Shown: one piece after another, positions 1-11,672 of the stretch
Numbering within the stretch: position 1 is the stretch's first letter
Layout: the number at the start of each line of letters is the position of its first letter
NCBI RefSeq assembly: GCF_006345805.1
Contig: NC_043021.1
Location: 6,200,001 to 6,264,000 of the forward strand
DNA length: 64,000 bases
Direction of reading: 5' to 3'
Origin: Octopus sinensis
Lineage: Eukaryota
Program-made: the position numbers and the translations under genes
The notes under the pieces: generated by a model
What the model saw: only the letters and a program-made list of their open reading frames with translations
Told to the model about the DNA's origin: nothing
The model's database searches: none

Positions 1-294
1 CAATATTTTATTATTTTTATTCAGCTCGCAAGTTCGTCTGTCCCTTTGAAATGTTAGCGTTTTGCTGTCTGCCTTGAAGCAGACCTTTCCATTGCCACTG
101 CCTGATATTTCTGATTGATCTTTCTAAATATTTTATTTCTCAACTTACTCAAGATCTTCTGTTGTTTATAAATGGGAGAGAGATAGATAAAGATAGAGAG
201 TAAGAGAAAGCGAGGGAGAGTCCGAGAGAAAAGAAAAGTAAGAGAGTGGGAAAGTGAGAGAGAAAGGAGAGAGAAACAAATACGGAGAATCATC

Positions 295-600
295 ATCATC
301 ATCATCGTTTAACGTCCGTTTTCCGTGCTAGCACGGGTTGGACAGTGTGACCGGGGTCTGGGAAGCCAGGAGGCTGCACTAGGCTCCAGTCTGATCTGGC
401 AGTGTTTCTACAGGTGGATGACCTTCCTAACGCCAACCACTCTGTGAGTGTAGTGGGTGCTTTTTTCGTGCCGCCGGCACAGTGCCAGGGGGGCTCGCAG
501 CAGCAACGATCGGTTGGTGCTTTTTACGTGCCACTGGCACAGAAGCAAGTCAAGGCGGCGCTGCAATCGGCCACGTTCGGATGGTGCTTTTTACGTGCTG
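295..600 (-). mobile_element. Retroposon family D ((ATG)n tail, GGTTGGCGTTAGGAAGGGCATCCAG core, variable 5' monomers)
   Basis: Other copies at 22405-22730, 27605-27890, 44321-44500, 57509-57905, 60625-60815 (-) and 38200-38400, 39509-40396, 59569-59835 (+). Confidence 0.8.
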
Positions 601-664
601 AAAAGAAGCAACAGAAAGTAACAACCACACTCTTACCCGCGCGTAGAGCGGGTCACCTTCAGCT

Positions 665-666
<2 letters not shown>

Positions 667-724
<58 letters not shown>

Positions 725-885
725 ATATATGTATATATATATACATACAAACATACATGCATATACAACATCTGATAGCCTGGTTGGTCACGTGATATAT
801 ATATATATATACATATATATATACATACATACATGCATATATATATATATATATATACATACATACATACATGCATATATATATA

Positions 886-952
<67 letters not shown>

Positions 953-970
953 CATGCATATATATATATA
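667..970. repeat. Compound (TA)n/(TACA)n microsatellite
   Basis: Similar tracts at 12144-12400, 25330-25580, 47110-47160 and 47905-48190. Confidence 0.95.
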
Positions 971-1375
971 CTCGTTTAAAAGCTGCATTCCGTGCAGACT
1001 TTTAAGCTAGCTCCTGCGGAGGGGCTAATTGGGCCTTCGGTCCAAAACTGAGGGGAGCAATAATATTAAAACATTTATTGCTATCCTATCATCTCAGATT
1101 TATATCACAGAGAATCTCATTTGGAGAATTTTGTATCACTGCGACATTTGGAGATCGTTGTAAAGCAGCAAGGTGAAAAATATTCTTGGTTTTACCGTTT
1201 GGAGTGAGTACAAAGAGAGTGCTGCCATTTCCAACTCTAAAACAACCAGCATAGAGCTGACCATGGGAAAAGTGCTGCTGCATGAGATGAAGTCCAACAA
1301 TTTTGAGTGATTGTCTTTGACTCTTGTTAATTGTATTATTGTAGGTAACGGAGGTAACTGTCACAAAGTTTTGGT
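971..1375 (-). mobile_element. Helitron 3' remnant: C-terminus of the Pif1-like helicase plus a putative 3' hairpin
   Basis: TINKSQRQSLKIVGLHL...FSHGQLYAGCFRVG...TKNIF matches helicase motifs TINKSQGQ and FSHGQLYVA.SRV. Downstream hairpin CTGCA-CGGAA-TGCAG followed by CGAG|T. Confidence 0.8.
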
Positions 1376-1415
1376 ATTAAATTCAGAAAGTTTTGGTCAG
1401 TTTCTAACACACATA

Positions 1416-1819
1416 GGCGCAGGAGTGGCTGTGTGGTAAGTATCTTGCTAACCAACCACATGGTTCCGGGTTCAGTCCCACTGCGTGGCATCTTGGGCAA
1501 GTGTCTTCTGCTATAGCCCCGGGCCGACTAAAGCCTTGTGAGTGGATTTGATAGACGGATACTGAAAGAAGCCTGTCGTATATATGTATATATATATATA
1601 TGTATGTGTGTGTTTGTCTCCCTAGTATTGCTTGACAACCGATGCTGGTGTGTTTACGTCCCCATCACTTAGCGGTTAGGCAAAAGAGACCGATACAATA
1701 AGTACTGGGCTTACAAAGAATAAGTCCCGGGGTCGATTTGCTTGACTAAAGGCGGTGCTCCAGCATGGCCGCAGTCAAAATGACTGAAACAAGTAAAAGA
1801 GAGAAAGAGAAAGAGAAAG
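1416..1819 (+). mobile_element. SINE family A (tRNA-like head, about 400 bp, central (TA)/(TG) tract, (AAAGAGT)n tail)
   Basis: Head GGCGCAGGAGTGGCTGTGTGGTAAG (A box) ...GGTTCAGTCC (B box). About 20 near-full or partial copies in the window. Confidence 0.9.
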
Positions 1820-2559
1820 TCGCGTTTATTATAGTTAAGGGAGGTAACTCTTGTATGCCGTTTGAAACTTCTCAAGGTCGTCTTACCTGCTAGAAATAGC
1901 AGCCCAAATGCTCTTACATCAGATCCCAATGCTGGATTTCAAGAACTAAATGAAGGTGGATTTTCAATCTTGAGATTATCCCGATTCCAAAATGGTATAA
2001 TATGTCTATGTAGAGCAAATGTAGACTGTGATACAGAAGTCTCAGACAGACAGAATTTCACTTTTATTTGTATAAATATATAATTGACAGGGTTCTTTCA
2101 GTTTCCATTTCCCATATCCACTCACACGGCTTTCGTGCAACGCAGTGGGACCGAACCTCAAACCATGTGGTTGGGAAGCAAGCTTCTTACCACACAACCA
2201 TGCTTTGTCAGTTTTTTTTTTTTTTTTTTTCTTGAAAGAACTATGGATCCTTTGGAGAGTTTAATGTTCACCAAAGTACAAATATAACATTCGAGGAGTG
2301 AAAGAGAGTTTAATTGAAACAAAGAAAGAAAATGGAGGGGGCGGGAAAACGAATGTTCAAACATCTGCTCACTATGTCACAGCGGTGTTGTTTCTATGAC
2401 AACGGCAGATGACGTCAGAAGAGAAAATAATAAAAAAAATACTGTCGTCTGCTTCGAACCAACTCGCAAATACCGAAAGAAAAATCAACATGAATAATGA
2501 CGACGATATCAACAGCAACAAAAACAATGATGAAAAACGGGAGTAGACAAAGGGGGGGA

Positions 2560-2907
2560 GGGCGATCTTTCGTCTCTAGTAGACCTTTCCGTCGATTTCC
2601 GTAAAAATTTTTTTTTTTTCACATATGGGCTTGCGGGAACTTTTGAAGTAATGAGAGCGAAAGAGACTAAGAGAAAGCGATTGTATGACGAGGGAAGTTC
2701 TTTTGAAGTTACCGTGCATGGGAAGCATGTGTGTGTGTTTGATGGGGTGTGCACGGTAACTTCAAAAGAACTTCCCTCGTCATGCAATCGCTTTCTCTTA
2801 GTCTCTTTCGCTCTCATTACTTCAAAAATTCCCGCAAGCCCATATCTAAAAAAAAAATTTTTTTACGGAAATCGACGGAAAGGTCTACTAGAGACGAAAG
2901 ATCGCCC
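2560..2907. mobile_element. Foldback MITE with about 159-bp TIRs, GG termini and a probable 8-bp TSD (Merlin-like)
   Basis: Arms 2560-2718 and 2750-2907 are near-perfect reverse complements with a 31-nt spacer. Flanks are AAAGGGGGGGA and AAAGGGGA. Confidence 0.7.
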
Positions 2908-2943
2908 AAAGGGGAATGCTTTCAAATTCAACGAATATTTCCC

Positions 2944-3370
2944 GGATCTTTTCGGTTTGACCGGCAGTTTTTAAAAATAATTTCCACATAACTAAACACT
3001 TTTAAACTTCGTATACTGGTAGAATGTGTTTATAAAACATCTTTTTCTCTTGGCTTTATTGAGAAAATTCTATAGTTTGTAAGATATTTGTTGGGTTTTT
3101 TTCTTCAATTTTAACCAATCAATGACGTCTATTGAGGTGAAAACATTCTGTGCCGTATGAATATGTCCCTCGTTTAAGAAACAGATTGGGTTTATTTACA
3201 TTTCTGAAGACAAAAAAAAAGATACCCTTCCCCCCATCCCTAACCCTAACTCTAACCCTAACCCTAAAACAGATTGAAATGCAATAGATCGATACTAGGG
3301 TCATAATTATGGGTGACAATTTCATATGACACCGCTAGAAAAAAAACTGCCGTTCAAACCGAAAAGATCC
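2944..3370. mobile_element. MITE with about 29-bp TIRs, 8-bp TSD and internal (CCCTAA)n
   Basis: TIR GGATCTTTTCGGTTTGA(C/A)CGGCAGTTTTT. TSD TATTTCCC on both sides (2936-2943, 3371-3378). Confidence 0.85.
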
Positions 3371-3623
3371 TATTTCCCTTCCCATGTTTGACACCTTTTA
3401 AGTCAAGTAACATCGGTGGTACAATCGACAAGAAAAGCCACAGCTGTGTATCAAGTGTCATGGGTTGATTTTTCTGCCTCAGTAGAGATAAGCAGCATCA
3501 GTAACGTTGACAACAGTAGCTCTACCAGAACAAAAGCATCCACGACGAGGTTATAGCAAAACTGCCTCAAACGGTTCAGTCACACCAGAAGACGGCGACT
3601 CATTTAGAAGGTTGTTTTTTTTT

Positions 3624-4013
3624 GCTTGTTTCAGTCATTTGACTGCGGCCATGCTGGAGCACCGCCTTTAGTCGAGCAAATCGACCCCGGGACTTATTCT
3701 TTGTAAGCCCAGTACTTATTCTATCGGTCTCTTTTGCCGAACCGCTAAGTGACGGGGACGTAAACACACCAGCATCGGTTGTCAAGCAATGCTAGGGGGA
3801 CAAACATAGAGTCACAAGCATACACACACACGCATATATATATATACATATATACGACGGGCTCCTTTCAGTTTCCGTCTACCAAATCCACTCGCAAGGC
3901 ATTGGTCGGCCCAAGGCTATAGCAGAAGACACTTGCCCAAGATGCCACGCAGTGGGACTGAACCCGGAACCATGTGGTTGGTTAGCAAGCTACTTACCAC
4001 ACAGCCACTCCTG
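3624..4013 (-). mobile_element. SINE family A
   Basis: Reverse complement of the family A consensus. Confidence 0.9.
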
Positions 4014-4214
4014 TAAAATTGTTAAACAAGATGGCCAATGCACTTTTTTTAAACTGGTACCGATAAAAGAGTTGAATAATCCTAACAAATGCGCTTGCAA
4101 TATAAATGTATCAAACACGATAGCTGGTCGTGTTGTAGGACGGAAGGATGACAGGTTAACAATGACGGCCGGCTGAAAAGTTCATAAGCTGACCAAGATA
4201 CTCTCATAGAATGT

Positions 4215-5300
4215 GGTCCAAATAAGGTTTATTTTTTAACATAGTCTCCTTTGCGGTCCACACACTACTTCCATGGGTGTTGCAGTGTTTGAATCACATC
4301 GGTGAAGAAGCTTTCATCCTGTTAATAAAAAAAAGCCATCAACAGCAGATATGATGTCATCATTCATCACTGCAATACCGGTTCCTAGCCAAGTGTGTTT
4401 TCATGCTGAGGAACAGACGATAGTCAAATGTGGCCAAATCACAAAAATAGGGAAGCTACAGTCACACATAGCAGCCATTAAAAGCAAGGACTTGTGTGCT
4501 GGAGTATTGTCCTCGTGAAACAAGACCCCTTTCGTTAGTTTCCTGTGTGTTTGGTCTTGATAGCCTTTCGTGACTGCCCCAGTAAGTTGGCGTAGTACTC
4601 TTAATTGATGGTGTGGCCCTTTTGAAAAAAATCAATAAGCACAATGCATTTTGTATCCCCAAAACTGGAGCCATCACCTTCCCTGCAAATGAAACGACCA
4701 TGCCTCCTTTAGAATAGGTGAGGAGTGTTTCCATTGCATGGATTGTCTCTTTGTTTTTGACTGAAGGTGATGAATCCAACAAACATCCTAGCTTATGAAA
4801 AGTTCAAGGAAACCAGCTGGATCTGGATCAAACAATGTCAGATTTTCCCATGATGTGGATCAGCCTGCTGTGTTTTTAATCAGGGGTCAAACGACGTCGC
4901 AGCCGCCAAATAGAAACCTTCGTCATGCCAAGTTCATTGTGCACAATATTCTTTACTGTATCACGGGATAGCATTGACTATTTGATTTATAGTCACTCAC
5001 CTGTCAGCCATCATCACGTTTCCCCTGGTGGTAACAGTTGCAGGACGTCTAGAATTTGGGTCATTTTTTAAGATTCTCCTTTTCCCTCCTAAATTCAGCC
5101 GCCCACTTTTGCACTGTTGATAAAGCTGGAGTGTCAACCCCTTATGTGACAACCATGTCAGCATAAATGCCTTCGGGGGCTAAAAACCCTTTTTCTGCAA
5201 GTACTTGATAACATCACGATGCCAAATTTTGTCCATTTTCAAGAGAAGTCCCTACTAGTTACTTTTGAAGTTTTCTTTGAACAGTGAAATATCAGTTTAC
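4215..5300 (-). mobile_element. Decayed mariner transposase (pseudogenised)
   Basis: Minus-strand frames give MDKIWHRDVIKYLQKKG (ATG 5236), AGKVMAPV and DLATFDYRLFLSMKTHL. Many frameshifts and stops. Confidence 0.8.
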
Positions 5301-5344
5301 CTGGAAAGAAACAACGCAGTTATATATATATATATATATATATA

Positions 5345-5859
5345 CTAGCAGTATCGCCCGGCGTTGCTCGGGTTTGTAAGGGAAATAACTATATAAGCAT
5401 TTTTAGTGAGCTATAGCAAAAAAAAATGCATTAAAAATGGAATAAAAAATGATGGTAATTTTGGTGTCTTCAAGCCATGAAGTCGTTGTTCTAAAAGAAC
5501 GCTGGTCTCCTTGACAATGCTTTACGACGTTGATTTCCTTACACTCCCTTCCCCACAGCTTCACGAGGGAGGGAAGAAGGGGGAGAAGCAACACAGGTGC
5601 AGCTGTGAGCGTGGACACCAACTCCGCCGCCATCGACACACGAAAAAATATGCATTAAAATGGAATAAAAAATGATGTTAATTATTTTTAAAAATCGTAG
5701 ACTCATCGTAGACGCGCGCTAATACTCAGACGGCTCGATATGAATCACGACTATAAGATACCCGAATTTGGTTAAACTGCAGCGCAAAATGTGGGAGTAG
5801 TTAGGAATCTAAATCGAAGGGGACAGACACTCACACAACTACAGTTTTATATATATAGA
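5345..5859 (-). mobile_element. Complete non-autonomous Helitron (about 515 bp)
   Basis: Minus strand begins A|TCTATATATATAAAA and ends with hairpin CCCGAGCAACGCCGGG followed by CTAG|T. A/T insertion site with no TSD. Confidence 0.88.
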
Positions 5860-6949
5860 TATAAGCTGAAGTTAATGCTTGTAAGATTTCACAGTATTAA
5901 GCATCACTCCTTCACAGTCAACATACGAACTTTTCTGCCCACCCTCGTACGGCACCAGTCAAATATTGGTTTGATGTAGTCGCCTTATTCCTTTCTCCCC
6001 AAATTGCTGGCCTTGTGCCATAATATGAAGCTAATTATAAATGGAATGTTAATGTCTCGATATTTCTGGCTGTCACGAGACAGTTAATTAGAATATGTAT
6101 ACAGTTAAACTACTATACTATAGTCACAAGGCATGACATTTTGGGGGAAGGAATACATCGACTGCAGTGCTTAACTGATACTTATTTCATCGACCCCGAA
6201 AAAATGAAAGACAAAATCGACCTCGGTGGAATTTGAACTCAGAACGAAATAGCATAATCTATAGGTACAGCTATGAAATTAAATAATTAGTTTTATTGTA
6301 AGTTAACAATTTTAATCATCAACTAAGAGAAAAAAACAAAGCCACGATGGAAGTTGAACTCTGTACTGATTGACCTCATTATTAAAATAACAAATTCTAT
6401 AGGTGTGTGTGCTGTGCTTTTTTTCCCTAAATAAAATGTTTCTCTAATTAGCAGCACATGCGCAATCAAATTAACTTAATCAAAAAGCTACCTGAACTTT
6501 TTCACGCTATTTTCCTTCTTAAAATTCACGTGAAAAAACAGTAGGGAGGTGTACAGTCGACCGAATCGACTTTATCTTTTCGGTATAATTTTTGATACTT
6601 ATTTTATCGATCTCAGGTGGAGGAAAAAACGAAGTTAATCTCGATAGAATTTGAACGGAAGAAGTGGAAGGGACGTAACCTGAGAGGGCAACGCCTTAGT
6701 CCAGAATTTCTTTGCGTCGGTCGTTGTTCTGGTCCTCGTCGTCAAAATAATTATCACTGTTGTAAACAACATCGAACTCATATACTGTTTACCGGAGCGA
6801 TAATGAAACATATTTCCCTTGATTTCTAACCTTATAAAATTTAGGTTCACACTGTTCACCCGAACTAAAGTTACCAACTTTTTTCTCCTTCCCCCCAAAC
6901 GACAGGACACATCTACAAATCCCAACGATACTAACAATATCTGGTCACC

Positions 6950-7355
6950 ATGGTTAATTACCGGTTGAGTTTAATGATAGTCGCGTCCGCTATTGCTCTT
7001 CCCTGGTTACTAACCACATTAGGATGTTGCCCAGCCTTCCTTGTTGGTATTGCTAACAGGTTAAAAGTCACCGATCTTCTAAGCCAGTTGGAAAATGTGT
7101 GGAGTTTGCCATATTTATTTGGTTCCAAAAAGTCGAATAACGATCATTCAACCCCAGTGACCGCATCGCCTCACACTTTAGATCCAGACAAGCTAGAAGA
7201 AACAGCTTCGGGTGTTTTCACAAAGTCCGAACTATCTAAATACATAGGTGAACGAGAGTCAGCTCCTATTTATCTAGCTGTCTTAGGCCATGTTTTCGAT
7301 GTCAGTTCAGGCAGGAAATTTTATGGTCCAGGAAAACCCTACAGTTTCTTCTCAG
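6950..7355 (+). CDS. CYB5D2: Neuferricin / cytochrome b5 domain-containing protein 2 (MAPR family), exon 1 of 4
   Basis: ATG at 6950, then a hydrophobic N-terminus and the MAPR heme/steroid-binding start FTKSELSKY...IYLAVLGHVFDVSSGRKFYGPGKPYSFFSG. Donor TCAG|GTGAG after 7355 (406 nt, phase 1). Confidence 0.93.
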
Positions 7356-7616
7356 GTGAGAGAGATATCAACGTATTTTATGGGGGTTTGTTGTTTTATA
7401 ATTTTGTATACTGTTTGTGTTTGTTTGTTATTTGCATTGCTACTGTTGTGAAGCACATTTCATTCGATGTGATCACAGCGAATCACCGTGAAGTATCGTA
7501 GAAGTAACAGTGAGAGGGTGTGAGGGTGACAGTAGTCTTGGTGTTGTTGTATAACTCTAGGTCAATCAAACCTGTTGAAGCAGACATGCAATCAAAAGCA
7601 TTCCAGCCATGACCAA

Positions 7617-8063
7617 GGCGGCGAGCTGGCAGAAACGTTAGCACGCCGGGCGAAATACTTAGAGGTATTTCATCTGCCGCTACGTTCTGAGTTCAAATTC
7701 CGCCGAGGTCGACTTTGCCTTTCATCCTTTCGGGGTCGATTAAATAAGTACCAGTTACGCACTGGGGTCGATATAATCGACTCAATCCCTTTGTCTGTCC
7801 TTGTTTGTCCCCTCTGTGTTTAGCCCCTTGTGGGTAGTAAAGAAATAGGTATTTCATCTGCCACTACGTTCTGAGTTCAAATTCCGCCGAGGTCGACTTT
7901 GCCTTTCATCCTTTCGGGGTCGATTAAATAAGTACCAGTCCCGCACTGGGTCGATGTGATCGACTTAATCCGTTTGTCTATCCTCTCTGTGTTTAACCTC
8001 TTGTGGGTAGTAAAGAAATAGGTATTTTGTCTGCCGCTACATTCTGAGTTCAAATTCCGCCGA
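7617..8063 (+). mobile_element. SINE family C, tandem partial triplication
   Basis: Head GGCGGCGAGCTGGCAGAAACGTTAG...GAGTTCAAATTCC, body GACTTTGCCTTTCATCCTTTCGGGGTCG, tail CCCCTTGTGGGTAGTAAAGAAATAGG. The unit restarts directly after each tail. Confidence 0.85.
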
Positions 8064-8064
8064 A

Positions 8065-8196
8065 GCTAGGCAAAGGAAGTCTACCAAGAAATTGAGGTTC
8101 TAGCCCAGTAGTGAAACACATCTCTTGATTGTGAGTTCAAATCCACTCCCAGGCCATAGTCTACTGCACATCTTGCCAACCTTGGATAATTTCTGT

Positions 8197-8201
<5 letters not shown>
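8065..8201 (+). repeat. 137-bp element E, inverted copy at 10207-10343
   Basis: About 9 mismatches between the two copies by hand alignment. Contains the B-box-like GAGTTCAAATCC. Confidence 0.85.
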
Positions 8202-8238
<37 letters not shown>

Positions 8239-8280
8239 TAAACGGAAAAAAGAACTCAAAATATGAGTATATGGGGATTA

Positions 8281-8666
8281 TGGAAGCACTCCCTCGGGTA
8301 CGACGACGAGGGTTCCGGTTGATCCGATCAACGGAACAGCCTGCTCGTGAAATTAACGTGTAAGTGGCTGAGCACTCCACAGACACGTGTATACCCTTAA
8401 CGTAGTTCTTGGGGATATTCAGCGTGACACAGAGAGTGACAAGGCTGGCCCTTTGAAATACAGGTACAACAGAAACAGGTAGTAAGAGAGAGAGAGAGAG
8501 TTGTGGTGAAAGAGTACAGCAGGGATCACCACCATCCCCCGCCGGAGCCTCGTGGAGCTTTAGGTGTTTTCGCTCAATAAACACTTACAACGCCCGGTCT
8601 GGGAATCGAAACCGCGATCCTACGACCGCGAGTCCGCTGCCCTAACCACTGGGCCATTGCGCCTCC
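8281..8666 (-). mobile_element. SINE family B1 (tRNA-Arg-like head GGAGGCGCAATGGCCCAGTGGTTAGGGCAGCGGACTCGCGGTCG, about 380 bp)
   Basis: A and B boxes in the head; near-identical copies elsewhere in the window. Confidence 0.9.
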
Positions 8667-8741
8667 ACATGAGTATATATATATTTGTTAAACTAAACAA
8701 ATTCATTTTAATACCATTTGAACATTTGTATATCATTTCAG

Positions 8742-8882
8742 GTCGAGATGCTTCTGCTGCTTATATGACTGGAGATTTCACAGAGAAGGGCTTGACTGAT
8801 GACATTGAGGGCTTTACAGGAAACCAGCTAATAGGTATTGGAGAATGGGTTGACTTTTATAAACAAAACTACAAACATATTG
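8742..8882 (+). CDS. CYB5D2: CYB5D2 exon 2
   Basis: Acceptor tttcag|, encodes (G)RDASAAYMTGDFTEKGLTDDIEGFTGNQLIGIGEWVDFYKQNYKHI, donor G|GTAAGT. 141 nt, phase 1-1. Completes the conserved GRDAS motif. Confidence 0.93.
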
Positions 8883-8953
8883 GTAAGTACAAAGCACATT
8901 CCAAAATTTTTCAAACTTTTTCAAGAGAGATATTTTATAATTTTAAAGAAGTA

Positions 8954-9115
8954 GGCATAGGAGTGGCTGTGTGGTAAGTAGTTTGCTTACGAACCACATG
9001 GTTCTGGGTTCAGTCCCACTGCGTGGCACACTGGGCAAGTGTCTTCTACTATAGCCTCGGGTCGACCAAAGCCTTGCGAGTGGATTTGGTAGATGGAAAC
9101 TGAAGAAGCCTGTCG

Positions 9116-9156
<41 letters not shown>

Positions 9157-9366
9157 ATATGTTTATGTGTCTGTGCTTGTTCCCCCAGCATTGCTTGACA
9201 ACTGTTGCTAGTGTGTTTACGTCCCCGTAATTTAGCAGTTTGACAAAAGAAACCGATAGAATAAGGACTAGGCTTTCAAAGAATAAGCTCTGGGGTTGAT
9301 TTGCTCGACTAAAGGCAGTGCTCCAGCATGGCCACAGTCAAATGACTGAGAGAAGTAAAAGAGTAA
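8954..9366 (+). mobile_element. SINE family A
   Basis: Full-length copy about 70 nt downstream of CYB5D2 exon 2. Confidence 0.9.
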
Positions 9367-9374
9367 GTACAAAA

Positions 9375-9830
9375 CCCTAATCTCCTTCCAAGGAGGATCC
9401 TCTGATTCTGTGCACTTACTGTAGTGCTCCAGCCACATTGTGAAGGCTCTATTTGAGTCCTCTAAAGTGAAGGTGTCCAGGATGCTTGTCACAGCCTCCT
9501 TCATTTTTAAAATGAAGGCAAACTTGAGGTTCTCCTTCAGCTTGGGGAACAACCGAAAGTCACAGGGAGAAAGGTCTGGGCTGTAGGGTGGGTGTGGTAC
9601 AGTTTTGACTCCATCTCTGTCAAGCTATTGATACAAGCATGTTATTGTGGTGCACTGTCCAAGAGCAGATGCCACTGACCTGTGTGAAAGAGCTCTGGCT
9701 TTTGTGATGAAAATTCTTCCTGAACTCTCCCAAAACCTCCACAAAGTACTCTTTGTTAACTGTTTGGTCAGAGGGAACCCAGTGGATGTAGATGATGCCC
9801 TTGTTATTGAAAAAGGGAATTCATTTTAAT
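9375..9830 (-). mobile_element. Mariner transposase C-terminal remnant
   Basis: GVKTVPHPPYSPDLSPCDFRLFPKLKENLK (YSPDL signature), followed by MKEAVTSILDTFTLED. Confidence 0.85.
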
Positions 9831-10206
9831 GGCATTTAACTGAATTAATTTGTTCAGTTTAACAGTCGTAGGATCGCAGTTTCGATTCTCAGACCGGGCA
9901 TTGTGTGTGTTTATTGAGCAAAAACAGCTAAAAGCTCCACGAAGCTCCAGCAGGGGGTGGTGATCCCTGCTGTACTCTTTCACCACTCTTTCTCTCTTTC
10001 TTCTGTTGGCCTGCTCGTTTAGCCAGTGGGGTGGCGTCGTTCGAAGGCTAAAACAATGCGAACGCATTGTGACCAGCGATGTGTAGCAACATCTGATGGT
10101 CTGGTCGGTCACATGATATATATATATACACACACACACACATGTATTTTGAGTTCTATTTTTCCTGTTTGCATCACCATATGTGTGCACACAGGTGTGT
10201 GCTTGA

Positions 10207-10343
10207 GTGCTACAGAAATTATCCAAAGTTGGCAAGATGTGCAATAGACTATGGCCTGGGAGTGGATTTGAACTCACAATCAAGAGATGTGTTTCACCAT
10301 TGTGCTAGGACCTAAATTTCTTGGTAGACTGTCTTTGCCTAGC
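10207..10343 (-). repeat. 137-bp element E (inverted partner)
   Basis: Reverse complement of 8065-8201. Confidence 0.85.
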
Positions 10344-10968
10344 CTCTTGAGTCAGCAAAAAACAGATACTTGGCTCAGACTGCTTAATCCGTAAGCTATC
10401 TGGAGTAATTCATAATTTTTACCCAGTTTAACTCAAACCTTTATTGCATATTGAGCTTTCAAATTGTCTTCATATCTGTCTCCTTCAAGCTAGAATAAAA
10501 TGTTGGCAGGTCAGCTTATTAGATGTATAGTAGTGATAATGGAGGCACATGGCCTAGTGGTTAGAGCAGCGGACTTGCGGTCGAGGGATCGCGGGTTTGA
10601 ATCTCAGACTAGGCAATGTTTGTGTTTATGAGCGAAATACCTAAGCTCCACGCGGCTCTGGCAGAAGGTAATGGCGAAACTTCTGCTGACTCTTTCGCCA
10701 CAACTTTCTCTCACTCTTTCCTCCTGCATCTTGCAGCTCACCTGTGACGGACCGGCGTCCCGTCCAGGTGGGGAACCTATACTCCAAGGAAACTGGGAAA
10801 CTGGCCCTTATGAGCCAGGCATGGCTTGAGGAGGAACAAAGAACAACAACAATAGTAATGATACACTAGAATCACAATAATGTAGGACGTTTATGTTTGC
10901 TTCTCTGAAAACCTCTGGGGCATACCTTATATACTATTAAGCTATTGTCTCATTCACAATTCATATCT

Positions 10969-11375
10969 GCCTTTTACTCTCTTTTACTTGTTTCAGTCAT
11001 TTCACTGCAGCCATGCTGGAGCACCGCCTTTAGTCGGGCAAATCGACCCCGGGACTTATTCTTTGTAAGCCCAGTACTTATTCTATTGGTCTCTTTTGCC
11101 AAACCGCTAAGTGACGGGGATATAAACACACCAGCATCAGTTGTCAAGCAATGCTAGAGGGACAAACACAGACACACAAAACATACACACACATATATAT
11201 ATATATATACATATATATGACAGGCTTCTTTCAGTTTCTATCTACCAAATCCACTCACAAGGCATTGGTCGGCCTGGGGCTATAGCAGAAGACACTTGCC
11301 CAAGATGCCACGCAGTGGGACTGAACCTGGAACCATGTGGTTGGTTAGTAAGCTACTTACCACACAGCCACTCCC
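10969..11375 (-). mobile_element. SINE family A
   Basis: Full-length reverse copy. Confidence 0.9.
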
Positions 11376-11672
11376 ATATATTCAACTTTATAATGATTTA
11401 ATTATTTTTATTAGAATTCTAAAGTCTGAATCTAAACAGCTGTCAATGACTATGTCTAATTTTGTAATTAATAGATAAAATTATTGATTTATCTCTATTT
11501 CCTCATTTTACTTAGATAAATACAAACCTTGGTTAATTTAATTACTTATTTGTGAGTATTAAAATTGATATTCAAAATAAATAATAGGTATGAAACCAGT
11601 AAATTCATTGGATATTATTATCCCTTAATGAGGCTTACTTAATCTCTAATTGAACTTTCTTCTGTCTCCTGC

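Noticed and set aside
1-165. Possible exon of a minus-strand gene at the window edge
   Set aside because: Open frames exist but there is no recognisable homology, and the splice signals are ambiguous.
402-1010. Long YI-repeat ORFs here and at 12035-12424, 25287-25616 and 48003-48185
   Set aside because: These are translations of (TA)n microsatellites.
3238-3268. Telomere or telomerase template (CCCTAA repeats)
   Set aside because: Only 4-5 imperfect units, internal to a MITE present twice in the window.
7356-7501. 3' extension of the 183-aa ORF beyond 7355
   Set aside because: Homology stops at a consensus donor, and the GRDAS motif is completed by the exon at 8742.
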